32,000 bases of DNA from an uncultured Opitutales bacterium (GTDB lineage Bacteria > Verrucomicrobiota > Verrucomicrobiia > Opitutales > Intestinicryptomonadaceae), in the NCBI GenBank assembly GCA_934660865.1, contig CAKUIA010000013.1, positions 46,851 to 78,850 on the forward strand, in the 5' to 3' direction. The notes under the pieces are model-generated. The model ran no database searches and was not told the origin of the DNA. It saw only the letters and a program-made list of their open reading frames with translations. Made by a program: the position numbers and the translations under genes. Each line of letters starts with the position of its first letter. Within the stretch, counting starts at the first letter, position 1. Positions 15,524 through 23,684 of this stretch are shown piece after piece.

Positions 15524-17650
15524 CTACTTTGCCAAACGCGCGTTGTACATTTTTTCGCCTATTTGCCTGAAAACTTGCGTCAACTCGCTTTTCGGCGTGT
15601 CGCAAATATCCACTACGCCTATGTTGTAGTTTTCGCCGTCGCTGCGGCCGCTAACGGGCTCGTTTACGTATTGAAACCAGTGCGCACCCACAATTTGCGG
15701 ATTTTCAACGGCGCCTTTTAGGTAGTTTCCAAGCATTTTAGCGCAATCGGCCAACGAAGCGCCTTCAACTAAACCGCCGCCAAAAACCCCGCTGTCGGCC
15801 GAGCCGAAATGGAATTCGCCTATAATTACGGGCTTGTCGGCACACCCTTTCGGCAAAGCAAAATCCGCCACCTGCTTGCGGTATAGGTTAAAGCTTACAA
15901 CATCGCAATATTTTGCAGCCGACATTATAACTGCGTCGTTTACCCATTTTGCGTCGTAGGCAAAGCGGCAGCCCATATATAAAATTTGCGGGTTTTGAGC
16001 CTTTACGGCTGCTTTGCAAACCTCGAAATATCTGTCGTAAAACATGCTTTCGCACTCCGACAAATCGGCCTGCGAGGCCTTTGTTTGGGGGACAAAGTCG
16101 CGTTCGCTTAAAAAGTCGTTCCAATTTTTATACGAAGACGCCCACGCCCTGTTTAGCGCCGAAATTACGGCGTATTTTTTCTTTAAAAATTCGGCAAAGG
16201 CCATTTTTGCGGGCTGCGTTTTCGGGCACCTAAGCACCGCCATTGGCAGCAAAAGCTCCTGCGACTGCCAGGGCAATTCGTTGTCGAAAAACACGCCCAA
16301 ACAATACCTGTTTTTCATCAGGGCGGCGTTGTTTTTACATTCGGCAAAAACAGCCTTTTCAAATTCCTTGTCGTAAAAGTCGCGGGGCTTCGACCAATAG
16401 CCGGTCAGCTCGGCCTTTGTGTCTAAAACCGCACCCGCGGCAGTGCTAAGAATCAAAGCGTAGGGCATTTTCGCCTTTTGGGCGGTTTCGTAGCAGCTCC
16501 ACGCGCCAAAGGTATTCATATTCCATGCCGTAAACCTTTTTCTTGCAAGCGACGCTTTTTTTGCCTTCGAGCAAATGCCGTATTTTACGGCAAAGTTTTT
16601 GTCGTAAAAATTAAACTCGTCGTGGGCTGCCGCATATTCGCCCATTCCCCAATAGGCGGTATAAACATATTTTTTGTCGGAAATATCCTCGAAATACGAT
16701 TCCCTGTTTTTTGTCGGGCTCGACACATTCGCCCCAACGCAGTCTACGCCAAGCGACCAAAACAGATTGCCCTTCGGGGTAATAAAAAACCATTTGCCGT
16801 TTATTTTTTCGGTTCTAAAATATTTCGAAGCCCCGTAGTTTTTGCCCCTTACAACGCCGAAAAATTCGTCGAATTTTTGCGTTCTTTTGGCAATCCATTT
16901 CGAGCAAACGGCGTCCTCTAAATTTGCGTTTAACTTTAGCTGTTTGTCCTCCGAAATTTTGGAGCTCCACTTGCCGTGTTTATACTGCCCGTATTTGTCT
17001 ACAAAAGGCAAAAAGCTACCGCTTGGCATTTGCGCCAAATCCATATTGTAGGCCAAAAAGTCGGGGGCGCTCGGTGCAACTTTCATAGCCTTAAAAGAAT
17101 CTTCGGCAAGCAAAATGCTGTTGTCGCTTAGTTTTATGCGGTCTACCGACAAGTTGTCTATAACGATTTTTGCCGATTGCATGGACGTTATCGAAACATT
17201 TGCCCTTAAAAATTCCTTAGGAACTGCAACTGCAACATTTACCGAAAGCTCTTCGTTTTCGGCAGTGCCGAAAACTTTTGTGCACAGCCTTTTGCTTTCG
17301 CCGTCTGCCGCTATGGCGTCTACAACAAGAAAATTGCAGCCGTTTTTTATTCCCAATTTTTCCACCCTATATTTAAACGAAAAGCGGTAGACATAACCCG
17401 ACGGCAAACCGTCTTTAAACATATTAACTGCAACGGGCCAACCGCTTTGCCCAAGCGTGTTTAGCCTTAGCGAAGCGGCGCCCTCTATGGCGTTTTTGCC
17501 TCCGACTTTTTCCTTTTTTGCATTTGCAAAATCGGCGCACTCAAACAATTTCGAGGCTTTAAAATTTTCGAAGTTGTCGAAAAGCACCGGTTCTATATCG
17601 GCAAGGCACACAACACTTACAAAAGCGAACAATACATATATAATCTTCAT
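15524..17650 (-). CDS. Secreted clan GH-A glycoside hydrolase (GH50/GH42-like TIM barrel) with an N-terminal beta-sandwich (CBM-like) region
   Basis: ATG at 17650; the track start at 17656 is TTG. Signal peptide MKIIYVLFAFVSVVCLA. Candidate acid/base FFDNELPW and nucleophile VIIGEFHFG motifs are spaced as in clan GH-A. The exact family is not certain. Confidence 0.6.
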   Translation of the reverse strand: MKIIYVLFAFVSVVCLADIEPVLFDNFENFKASKLFECADFANAKKEKVGGKNAIEGAASLRLNTLGQSGWPVAVNMFKDGLPSGYVYRFSFKYRVEKLGIKNGCNFLVVDAIAADGESKRLCTKVFGTAENEELSVNVAVAVPKEFLRANVSITSMQSAKIVIDNLSVDRIKLSDNSILLAEDSFKAMKVAPSAPDFLAYNMDLAQMPSGSFLPFVDKYGQYKHGKWSSKISEDKQLKLNANLEDAVCSKWIAKRTQKFDEFFGVVRGKNYGASKYFRTEKINGKWFFITPKGNLFWSLGVDCVGANVSSPTKNRESYFEDISDKKYVYTAYWGMGEYAAAHDEFNFYDKNFAVKYGICSKAKKASLARKRFTAWNMNTFGAWSCYETAQKAKMPYALILSTAAGAVLDTKAELTGYWSKPRDFYDKEFEKAVFAECKNNAALMKNRYCLGVFFDNELPWQSQELLLPMAVLRCPKTQPAKMAFAEFLKKKYAVISALNRAWASSYKNWNDFLSERDFVPQTKASQADLSECESMFYDRYFEVCKAAVKAQNPQILYMGCRFAYDAKWVNDAVIMSAAKYCDVVSFNLYRKQVADFALPKGCADKPVIIGEFHFGSADSGVFGGGLVEGASLADCAKMLGNYLKGAVENPQIVGAHWFQYVNEPVSGRSDGENYNIGVVDICDTPKSELTQVFRQIGEKMYNARLAK

Positions 17651-17791
17651 CTGCAAACGAAGCTAACAATATGCTTAAACAAATGCAAAAACAAAATAAA
17701 GCGGCAAGAAAACCGTCTTATTTACCTATTAACAGAAATCATAAAATCGAGTAAAAGCGCCATACTGCAAACAAACTCTATTGCAGATAAA

Positions 17792-17938
17792 ACAAAGCCT
17801 TCTTTTGCAATCTTGCAACTATTTCCTCCAACAAAGACATACAAAGCCAACCCCAAACACCCTATAACAAACATAAAATTGCAAACAATACAAAGCCGCC
17901 TTTTTTGCAATCCTACAAACACTCCACTAACAAAGTCC
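17792..17938. repeat. Degenerate 3 x 49-nt tandem array, each unit starting with ACAAAGCC
   Basis: ACAAAGCC occurs at 17792, 17841 and 17890, an exact 49-nt period. Units 1 and 3 also share TTTTGCAATC and a terminal ACAAAG (17831, 17930). TTGCAA palindromes occur at 17805, 17813, 17879, 17905 and 17945. Confidence 0.6.
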
Positions 17939-18008
17939 AAAAAATTGCAAAGCATAAAAACTTAATCAGGCAATTTTGTAAACGCACTATAACAGTCTAT
18001 CTCAAACA

Positions 18009-18046
18009 ACAAAAAAAGCCCGATTTTTCAATCGGGCTTTTTTTGA
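18009..18046 (-). terminator. Intrinsic terminator of the outer-membrane protein gene
   Basis: Perfect 10-bp stem: AAGCCCGATT (18016-18025) with AATCGGGCTT (18030-18039), 4-nt loop. It is flanked by A7 and T7 runs and lies 24 nt downstream of the stop at 18063. Confidence 0.9.
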
Positions 18047-18062
18047 TAAATATTTCGTTAAA

Positions 18063-19247
18063 TTAGTATTTAACCGAAACGTTCAACGATACCAAGTGTT
18101 GGTTGTATGTAGCCGACGCCGACGTAGACGAGTTCATCAAGTAGTTATAATCGGCACCAACGGTGATGTATTTGCAGGGTGTGTATGTCAAACCGATGTT
18201 TGCGCTGTATTCGTCGTCGGTACGGTCGCCGTACGATTCATACTTCGAGTTTTCGTATCTTAACGAAGCCCTTGCCGCAACAAATTCGGTTATCGCATAG
18301 CGCGAACCCAAAACAACGCCTGTGTTTACGATGTTCTGACGAGATGCACCACTGTTGAAGTCTCTGTAGAAATCGAGTGTTGTTACCAACTTTTCGGTAA
18401 CTTGGTATGCCAAGTTTGCGCTCATTGTAAAGTTCCAGCTGCTCGAATCGTCTACAAGTGCGTCGTTCATTTCGCGGTTTGTAGCACCGAAGTATAACGA
18501 ACCCGTCAACTTTTCGAAGATTTCGCCGCGAACGTTTACGCCAACAAAGTGGTCGTCGCGCGAGCTGCCGTAGAGAGCAGCCGAAATGGGATCGCCGCCC
18601 GAGAATGTTGTTCTACGATATTGATACGAAAAACCTGCATTTATCTTTTCGGTTACCTGATAGAGAATGTTCAGGGGAACGGAAATGCAGTTGTTGTCGG
18701 AATACGTATTTGTGTATTCAAGGAAGTGTTGGCGGTAATACCTAATAGACAATTCGCCCATAAGCTTATCGGTGAAATTGTAGGTATTCATAAAGCCCGC
18801 ATTGTAGGTGTCGTAACGAACCTGGTCTCCGCCAGTTATACCGCCACGGATTGTGGCACTGTTTTGCTGGAATTGCCTGTACGAAAAGTCTGCATCGCCG
18901 CGGTAGCGTTCGTCTACATAGCTTACTTTTGCAATCACGTTCGCCAATTCGTTGTTCAAGTGCGACTCGCTTGCATAGCGGTTGATGTCTTCAAAGAACT
19001 TTATGTTGGCCTTAAATTTGCTGTTTTTGCCGTAGTCCAATTCGGCACCCAAACGGACGGTCAATACATAGTCGTCTACCTTGGGGCTGTTCGCTGCGCC
19101 TGAGCCGAGGTATACGTTGCTGTCCCACTTACCGATTACTGCGCCTTTAAAAAAGACGTCTACTTCATCGCCGATAGTTACAAGAGGAGCCGCATTTGCG
19201 GACGCCGCCAAGCCCAATACGGCCATATACATTGCTATTTTTTTCAT
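18063..19247 (-). CDS. Outer-membrane beta-barrel protein (porin-like)
   Basis: Signal peptide MKKIAMYMAVLGLAASANA. Alternating amphipathic strands rich in Y/G/N/S/T run throughout. The C-terminus is ...LVSLNVSVKY (aromatic last residue). AAGGGA RBS. Confidence 0.7.
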   Translation of the reverse strand: MKKIAMYMAVLGLAASANAAPLVTIGDEVDVFFKGAVIGKWDSNVYLGSGAANSPKVDDYVLTVRLGAELDYGKNSKFKANIKFFEDINRYASESHLNNELANVIAKVSYVDERYRGDADFSYRQFQQNSATIRGGITGGDQVRYDTYNAGFMNTYNFTDKLMGELSIRYYRQHFLEYTNTYSDNNCISVPLNILYQVTEKINAGFSYQYRRTTFSGGDPISAALYGSSRDDHFVGVNVRGEIFEKLTGSLYFGATNREMNDALVDDSSSWNFTMSANLAYQVTEKLVTTLDFYRDFNSGASRQNIVNTGVVLGSRYAITEFVAARASLRYENSKYESYGDRTDDEYSANIGLTYTPCKYITVGADYNYLMNSSTSASATYNQHLVSLNVSVKY

Positions 19248-19328
19248 TCGATAATTCCCTTTAAGGTTGTTGTTATTATGAAATTTGTTGATAAAAAGTG
19301 TCGTTAAAGCTTTGTTAAATCGGCAGTT

Positions 19329-19358
19329 ATTGTCTTATTTTTTGGACCGCATTGTCAA
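19329..19358 (-). promoter_or_regulatory. Possible sigma70-type promoter for the OMP gene
   Basis: On the minus strand: TTGACA (19358-19353), an 18-nt spacer, then GACAAT (19334-19329). It lies directly after the apbE stop. The -10 is weak. Confidence 0.3.
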
Positions 19359-19365
19359 GCGAAAT

Positions 19366-20205
19366 TTAAAATTTTATACATTTTACCGCATTTGCTTTGC
19401 ACACATACTCTATGTCGGAATCGTCCAAAATCATAAATGCGGTCGAAAACGCGTCGGCCAAAAAGCCCGAATCGGCAACCGCATATATAAATTCGGCGTC
19501 TTTTTTCGGGGCGGTGCCCGCCATGGGGTCTATAATGTGGTGCCCTTGCACCCTAATCCCAGACCCCGCCAAAGCCTGCCCGTCTTTTAAAACAAAATTT
19601 TTGTCCTCTCCGTTTAAAAGAACTTTCCAGCCGTCCGAATTTTCCGAAGCCCCGATAGCCAGCATTGTGCTAGACCCGAAATCTATAAGCGCGTTTTCTA
19701 TAGACCACTCGTCTTTTAACAACTCGGCAATTTTGTCTACCGCATAGCCCTTGCCTACCGCACCGAAATCCAAACACCCTTCGCCTGTCTTTTGGGCTAT
19801 AAAGTTGTAGTTGTCTATTTTTAGGGTAATCCTCGAAGGTTTTTCGTATTTTGTCTGGTTTTTGGCGTTTGTAAAGAATTGCCCCATGCAAACGTCTACA
19901 GCCCCCAGCGTTTTTTCGTATACTTGCCCCGAAAGAGCGAGACATTCGGTTGAATATTCGCCCAGCCTTACATAGTCGCCCACCTTTGCGTTGTTTATCG
20001 CGTATATATCCGAACCCGCCTTATACATGCTAATTTGCTCTTCTATGCGCTCGGTTAAAAAGAAGGCTGCCTGCGCAGCGCTTTCGGCATATTTGCGCGA
20101 ATCGGCGCAAATTGTAAGAGCCAAACTTGTGTTCATCAAATCCTTGTCGAAATTATAGGCAGTCATATATAAACCCCATAAAACCACGGCACAAAAAAAC
20201 CGCAA
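19366..20205 (-). CDS. apbE: FAD:protein FMN transferase (ApbE family)
   Basis: Motifs: FDKDLMNTSLALTI, SDIYAINN, DFGAVGKGYAVDKI, and the C-terminal ADAFSTAF. The start is uncertain. TTG at 20205 adds a hydrophobic MRFFCAVVLWGLY. ATG at 20166 is preceded by TGGGG. Confidence 0.85.
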   Translation of the reverse strand: MRFFCAVVLWGLYMTAYNFDKDLMNTSLALTICADSRKYAESAAQAAFFLTERIEEQISMYKAGSDIYAINNAKVGDYVRLGEYSTECLALSGQVYEKTLGAVDVCMGQFFTNAKNQTKYEKPSRITLKIDNYNFIAQKTGEGCLDFGAVGKGYAVDKIAELLKDEWSIENALIDFGSSTMLAIGASENSDGWKVLLNGEDKNFVLKDGQALAGSGIRVQGHHIIDPMAGTAPKKDAEFIYAVADSGFLADAFSTAFMILDDSDIEYVCKANAVKCIKF

Positions 20206-20237
20206 ACATAAAATTATGCCTGCGGTTAAAACCGAGA

Positions 20238-20313
20238 TGGTGGTCAGGGGCGGAATCGAACCGCCGACACAAGGATTTTCAGTCCTCCGCTCTACCGACT
20301 GAGCTACCTAACC
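20238..20313 (-). tRNA. tRNA-Phe (anticodon GAA), CCA encoded
   Basis: Minus-strand sequence GGTTAGGTAGCTCAGTCGGTAGAGCGGAGGACTGAAAATCCTTGTGTCGGCGGTTCGATTCCGCCCCTGACCACCA. It folds by hand into a full cloverleaf: 7-bp acceptor stem, GCTC/GAGC D stem, anticodon loop CTGAAAA, T arm GGCGG-TTCGATT-CCGCC. Confidence 0.97.
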
Positions 20314-20477
20314 GTTCTCTCAATTAAAGTTGCCTATTCTCCATATTCGTTTTGTTTAGTCAACACAAAAAATAAAATTTTTGAAATTATTTTTTTAATC
20401 CGTTGTATTTATTGTCAAACCGCCGTCGTTTTATGTTTGACCGCCCACCCCCAAAACAGACTAATATCGAATTTATC

Positions 20478-21038
20478 ATGATACGTTTTTCGCAAATTTT
20501 CGTTTCGGCAATATGCGCCGTTTTGCTTGCCTCGGCATGCAGCACCGCAAAACCCGAAAGCAGTGCCGCAGAATACAAGCCGGCAGCTACAATGTCCGAC
20601 AGCATAACGGGATATTGGACAGTTCCCGACCCCGACACAAACAAGACCGACGCCATTGTGATAGGCTACCAAAAAGACGGCGTTTTCTACTACAGAATGG
20701 TTGCCGTCTACGACGATTCGGGCAAGCTTACCGATACGGCCGCAAACTGCACGCAAAAGGCCAAAGGCATAAAGGGCAACCCAAAAATGTGCAGCTTCGA
20801 CATGATTTGGGGGCTAAAATTCGACGGCAAAAAATATTCGGGCGGGCATATAATAGACCCCGATTCAGGCAAAGTATACAACTGCGAAGTTTGGTACGAC
20901 GCGGCAAAGCAAAGCCTTGTAGTACGCGGCGAGCTTTGGATATTCGGCGAAAATATGAATTGGTATAAGGCCGAAAACATTCCAAACGGCGCAAAAGTAA
21001 ACCCCGCAAATTTAACCCCTTTTACTTTCGAAAAATAA
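20478..21038 (+). CDS. DUF2147-like lipoprotein
   Basis: ATG at 20478 gives MIRFSQIFVSAICAVLLASAC (lipobox). GYWTVPD ... GGHIIDPDSGKVYNCEVW...LVVRGELWIFGENMNW matches the DUF2147 pattern. The track start at 20403 adds a non-signal extension. Confidence 0.75.
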   Translation: MIRFSQIFVSAICAVLLASACSTAKPESSAAEYKPAATMSDSITGYWTVPDPDTNKTDAIVIGYQKDGVFYYRMVAVYDDSGKLTDTAANCTQKAKGIKGNPKMCSFDMIWGLKFDGKKYSGGHIIDPDSGKVYNCEVWYDAAKQSLVVRGELWIFGENMNWYKAENIPNGAKVNPANLTPFTFEK

Positions 21039-21042
21039 AAAA

Positions 21043-21540
21043 ATGCTTACATTTAAAACGGCAACTATAGACGACATTAAAACAATACAATCCGTCGCTG
21101 CGCCCGCCTTTAGCGACGCCTACAAAAACATACTTACGCCCGAACAGACGGCGTATATGCTGGATATGATGTATTCTAAAGAATCGCTTACAAAACAGCT
21201 GCAAGGCGGGCACATTTTCTTTATCGCCTACGAAAGAGCAAAACCCGTCGGCTATGTCTCGGTAGAAAGGCAATCGCAACAACTTTTCCACCTGCAAAAG
21301 ATATATCTACTAAGCGAATGTCGCGGCAAGGGCTACGGCAAAATGCTTTTCGAAAAGGCGCAAAACTATGCCCTAAGCCAATGCAGCGGCGAATGTGTTA
21401 TGGAGCTAAACGTAAACCGCAACAACAAGGCGCTGGAATTTTACAAAAAAATGGGCATGCACATTGCCGAAAGCGGCGACTTCGACATAGGCGGCGGCTT
21501 TTATATGAACGACTATATAATGCGCAAAAAGCTGCGTTAA
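21043..21540 (+). CDS. GNAT-family N-acetyltransferase
   Basis: 165 aa. Acetyl-CoA binding motif A: QKIYLLSECRGKGYGKMLFEKA. Starts 4 nt after the upstream stop. Confidence 0.8.
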   Translation: MLTFKTATIDDIKTIQSVAAPAFSDAYKNILTPEQTAYMLDMMYSKESLTKQLQGGHIFFIAYERAKPVGYVSVERQSQQLFHLQKIYLLSECRGKGYGKMLFEKAQNYALSQCSGECVMELNVNRNNKALEFYKKMGMHIAESGDFDIGGGFYMNDYIMRKKLR

Positions 21541-21550
21541 TCGACGCTGC

Positions 21551-21595
21551 AAAAAAGGCGCAGCCCCGTTCGCACTGCGCCCTTTCTTTGTTTTT
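21551..21595. terminator. Bidirectional intrinsic terminator between convergent genes
   Basis: GGCGCAG (21557-21563) pairs with CTGCGCC (21575-21581), 11-nt loop. CTTTCTTTGTTTTT follows on the plus strand, and TTTTTT follows on the minus strand. Confidence 0.7.
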
Positions 21596-21605
21596 GCGCC
21601 AAAAA

Positions 21606-23534
21606 TCAATACCAATATTCGCTTAAAAGGTTTTTAAAAAAGCCTTTGTCTTTGTAGAATTGCACCGAAATTTTCGCCTTTGTATTGGGCTTTATTTTCA
21701 CGCTAAAGCCGCAGAACGAATATCCCTTAAGGGGCAAATCCCTTTTGTCTGTAATTTTGTTTTCGAATACGGCAGCGCAAACGGGCACATTGGCCTTTAT
21801 CTTTGCAAAGACTTTTTCGCCGCCAAAACTTAGCTGTATCACCGAATCGGAAAGAATTTTAACCTGCGCCCTTGTCGGTATGTTAAACACATATTCCACT
21901 TCGCCGTCCAAAGTTTCGATTTCGTCGAAAACTTCGGCTTTTGCGGAATTTTTAATGTATAGCGTTCTATAGGCGGTTTTTAGTTTTGTTTTATACAATT
22001 CCGACAAGTCGAATTTTACGCCGCTTTTTTCTGGGGTGTCGTATTTTTCCACCATCGCGCCAAAACCGTCTACATTCGGCTGAACGCCCTTTATGTAAAA
22101 CGAGCTGTGCGAGGTATCCTTATAGCATAAAAGCGACCACCTTTCGCTTTCCTGCGTCAAAAAGAAAAGCCTCTTTACCCCCCTGCTTTCCAGCTCGGCA
22201 TAGCCTACTATGTTCGGATCGCACACAAAGCGGTTGCCGTCGAAATCCAAAACAAACGAGCCTACGTCCATATGTCCGTGCGAATTCGAGGCCTTGCCGC
22301 CCTTTGCAGCCAAGTAAATGCCTGTGCCCTTTTTCCAATCGGTTCTGCCCATAAAAAGGTGCTGTTTACCCTTTGCAAAATAGTTTTTTTGCTTTGGCAA
22401 AGCAAGATTTTGGCAGTCTATATTTGCAATGCTTTTCATAAGCATGGGCAAATTAAGGTTAAACTTGGGCTTTATTTTGCCCGTTTGCACATCGTTAAAA
22501 TAGTCTTTATATTGGTATAAAAGCGAATTGTCGTTTAAGTAGTCGGCAAACCAAAATTGCGGAAGTTGCGGGGCCTGCAACACCGTGTCGTAGCAGTCGC
22601 CGTAATTAAAGGCAAGCATACTACAGCCCGTCGAAAACTGCATAAACTTTGCCGAGGCGAAAATTTCGCCGTGCTTTTCCATACCCAAAAGCGAGCCGTA
22701 TGCCGTCTTTGCCGACTGCATAAGCAGAACTTCGTAGCCCGTGCCGAACTCCCAATAGCCGGCGGCTTCCGGATACGCTCCGTCGGGCTTGTATAAATCG
22801 AACGACTTTGCGTTCATATCCAGACAGCGCAAAATTATTTTTTTTGAAAGCTCGGGGTATTTGTCGAACAGGGCAAGAGCGCCCATAAAAATGCCCGCGT
22901 TGCAAACCTGATTCCAGTTGTTGTGTATGCTAAGCCATCTCCACCAATATTCGGGGTGATTTTTGTCGTACGTAATTATAAGCGCCTTTTCGTAAACGGC
23001 CTTTTCCACAATCTCCAATGTAGACTTGGGCAAGTCGTAATAAAGCCAGTCGTAGCCTATTGCCATGCCCGTTGCCATTGCCGAAACGTCCAAAAAATGC
23101 CCCGGGTTCCAGCTTTTAAAAGAGGCCGCCTTTAGCATATATTTTTCGGCGGCGTTTAAATATTTTTTGTCTTTTGTAATCCTATAGGCATATGCAAGAG
23201 TGGGAATAGACCACCTGTATTCGTAGCAGGTTGCAAGCCTGTATACCACCATTTTTGCTTCGGGCGGCTCGGTTTTTGCAAGCTCGTTTGCCTTGTCTAT
23301 AAGCGTGTTGTGATAGGCCTTTAACAGCGCGCCGCTTTTTAGGCCCTCTTTTATGGCGGCTTCGTCCGCCTTTGTCATAAGCAACCGAGGGTGTTTTGCT
23401 ATGTTGTCCAACCACGGGCTTTCCGCAATTTTCCGCTCGGACGCCGTGGCAATGGCGTATTTTTCGTCAACCGAAGTTGCCGCAAACAAAGCCGACGCAA
23501 AAACCGCAAAACAAAAAGCAAAAATCTTTTTCAT
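21606..23534 (-). CDS. Secreted heparinase II/III-family polysaccharide lyase-like protein
   Basis: ATG at 23534; the track start at 23546 is TTG. Signal peptide MKKIFAFCFAVFASALFA. N-terminal alpha/alpha-toroid region with HPRLLMTKADEAAIKEGL, then NNWNQVCNAG. The C-terminal signature is SNSHGHMDVGSFVLDFDGNRFVCD. Confidence 0.75.
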   Translation of the reverse strand: MKKIFAFCFAVFASALFAATSVDEKYAIATASERKIAESPWLDNIAKHPRLLMTKADEAAIKEGLKSGALLKAYHNTLIDKANELAKTEPPEAKMVVYRLATCYEYRWSIPTLAYAYRITKDKKYLNAAEKYMLKAASFKSWNPGHFLDVSAMATGMAIGYDWLYYDLPKSTLEIVEKAVYEKALIITYDKNHPEYWWRWLSIHNNWNQVCNAGIFMGALALFDKYPELSKKIILRCLDMNAKSFDLYKPDGAYPEAAGYWEFGTGYEVLLMQSAKTAYGSLLGMEKHGEIFASAKFMQFSTGCSMLAFNYGDCYDTVLQAPQLPQFWFADYLNDNSLLYQYKDYFNDVQTGKIKPKFNLNLPMLMKSIANIDCQNLALPKQKNYFAKGKQHLFMGRTDWKKGTGIYLAAKGGKASNSHGHMDVGSFVLDFDGNRFVCDPNIVGYAELESRGVKRLFFLTQESERWSLLCYKDTSHSSFYIKGVQPNVDGFGAMVEKYDTPEKSGVKFDLSELYKTKLKTAYRTLYIKNSAKAEVFDEIETLDGEVEYVFNIPTRAQVKILSDSVIQLSFGGEKVFAKIKANVPVCAAVFENKITDKRDLPLKGYSFCGFSVKIKPNTKAKISVQFYKDKGFFKNLLSEYWY

Positions 23535-23611
23535 ATACGTGTACAAATGTTTGCCGAAATTTTTTTCATATTAAAATTATTGTCAAAACAATATTATGGG
23601 CAAAGGCGCGC

Positions 23612-23641
23612 AAAAAAAGGCCGGCGCACCGAATGCGCCAG
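23612..23641 (-). terminator. Intrinsic terminator of glnN
   Basis: Minus strand: CTGGCGCA-TTCGG-TGCGCCGG, then CC and TTTTTTT. It lies 43 nt downstream of the stop at 23685. Confidence 0.85.
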
Positions 23642-23684
23642 CCCCGTAAAAAACTTTAAAAAGACTGCAAAAGCCGCTTGCCGA

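Noticed and set aside
17722-17955. A 77-aa hydrophobic ORF (MLCNFLDFVSGVF...) in the large intergenic region
   Set aside because: Its composition (V/G/F/L/C) follows directly from the G/T-rich complement of the A/C-rich repeat region. It spans the degenerate 49-nt repeats and has no SD. I treat the region as non-coding.
20206-20477. tRNA-Phe as a possible genomic-island integration site
   Set aside because: There is no integrase, no duplicated tRNA 3' segment (att-like direct repeat) that I could see, and both flanks carry ordinary chromosomal genes.
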